Origin: a virus
Lineage: Duplodnaviria; Heunggongvirae; Uroviricota; Caudoviricetes
Length of the DNA stretch: 7,174 bases
Direction: 5' to 3' (one strand)
Virus record (IMG/VR): IMGVR_UViG_3300028453_000023
Part shown: positions 6,573 through 7,174 of the stretch, piece after piece
How the letters are laid out: each line of letters begins with the position of its first letter
Numbering within the stretch: the first letter of the stretch is position 1
Translations under genes and position numbers: made by a program
The notes under the pieces: model-generated
Told to the model about the DNA's origin: nothing
The model's input: the letters and a program-made list of their open reading frames with translations, nothing else
The model's database searches: none

Positions 6573-6899
6573 TCAGGGTGCAGAAGGACTAAAGATAAAC
6601 GTTTTCTTCACGCCTTTACGCGGCCTGTCCTTCTCAAATCGCCATTTTGCCATCGCCTTTACAACCTGCTCATCAAACAGATGGTGCGGCTCTGAACGGA
6701 TAAACTCAATTCGGGTGACAGTACCATCAGCACCAATATCAAACTTCACATCAACCCGTCCCTTTATATAATTTGCCGCTGCATAGGCCGGATATTGTGG
6801 TAATGCCTTAACCAACTGTCGGGGCATATCTGTTTTATGTTGCGTACAGCCCATAACCAGAGAAGACAACAAAATAATTAACGGAAGATTTCTTTTCAT
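6573..6899 (-). CDS. Lipoprotein consisting of a TonB C-terminal-domain-like module (about 108 aa); start may instead be the ATG at 6905 or the GTG at 6914
   Basis: Signal peptide with lipobox (MKRNLPLIILLSSLVMGC). The mature part (LPQYPAYAAANYIKGRVDVKFDIGADGTVTRIEFIRSEPHHLFDEQVVKAMAKWRFE) follows the TonB C-terminal-domain pattern (PQYPA ... G.V.VKFD ... DG.V ... AM..WR.E). GGGA lies 6 nt upstream of the ATG at 6897-6899. AT-rich codon usage, unlike the phage module. Confidence 0.7.
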   Translation of the reverse strand: MKRNLPLIILLSSLVMGCTQHKTDMPRQLVKALPQYPAYAAANYIKGRVDVKFDIGADGTVTRIEFIRSEPHHLFDEQVVKAMAKWRFEKDRPRKGVKKTFIFSPSAP

Positions 6900-6919
6900 T
6901 TTCATTCCCGGCACAGATA

Positions 6920-6936
6920 AGAATAAGTCTTATTCT
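6920..6936. promoter_or_regulatory. 17-bp palindrome AGAATAAG-T-CTTATTCT just upstream of the lipoprotein gene start; candidate operator
   Basis: Seen directly: perfect 8-bp arms around a single central base, 20-37 nt upstream of the lipoprotein start codon. Confidence 0.3.
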
Positions 6937-7174
6937 AACAATGCCACCCTGTCGGTCATCAATCCTCTGCTTAATGGCAACGACAATTATCCGACTTAAA
7001 TCACAAATCAGACACATGACATAACAGAGCTTGCGAGGTAACACATCGTCCGGTTTCTTCCACCATCGCACCGGACCAGCGACCATGAGGGGACAACGCC
7101 GCGCTCCGTTAACGCGGTAAACCCCGGTGTGTATCGTTTTTGATTATCCCCGCACACTCGCGCAGAGGAGTCTC

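Noticed and set aside
6835-7086. 83-aa minus-strand ORF
   Set aside because: No SD upstream of its start, overlaps the lipoprotein gene start and its palindrome, and has no recognisable fold.
7100-7130. Another GTTAAC within an imperfect palindrome (ccgttaacgcgg) near the right edge
   Set aside because: A single 6-bp palindromic hexamer is expected by chance; the flanks do not match the CAGTTAACAT core of the terS-proximal repeats.

Overview
Window content: the DNA-packaging and head-morphogenesis module of an HK97-like tailed phage (prophage, or possibly a capsid-forming satellite), all on the minus strand, plus an AT-richer accessory segment at the right end. Reading the minus strand from high to low coordinates: HNH endonuclease (6199-5834), a 288-bp non-coding region with GTTAAC-centred repeats (candidate cos / terminase-binding region), small terminase (5545-4982), large terminase (4985-3820, broken by a 100-N assembly gap), one 645-codon ORF fusing a prohead protease to an HK97-fold major capsid protein (3756-1819), a 73-codon ORF (1774-1553), and a portal protein (1607 to beyond the left edge). 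The portal ORF is absent from the supplied ORF track because it has no stop inside the window; I found it by hand translation. The right ~1 kb carries a ribbon-helix-helix-like small gene (plus strand) and a lipoprotein that is essentially an isolated TonB C-terminal domain. No rRNA, tRNA, CRISPR array, integrase or transposase was recognised. All family assignments are motif-level pattern recognition from the translations; no database search was run.
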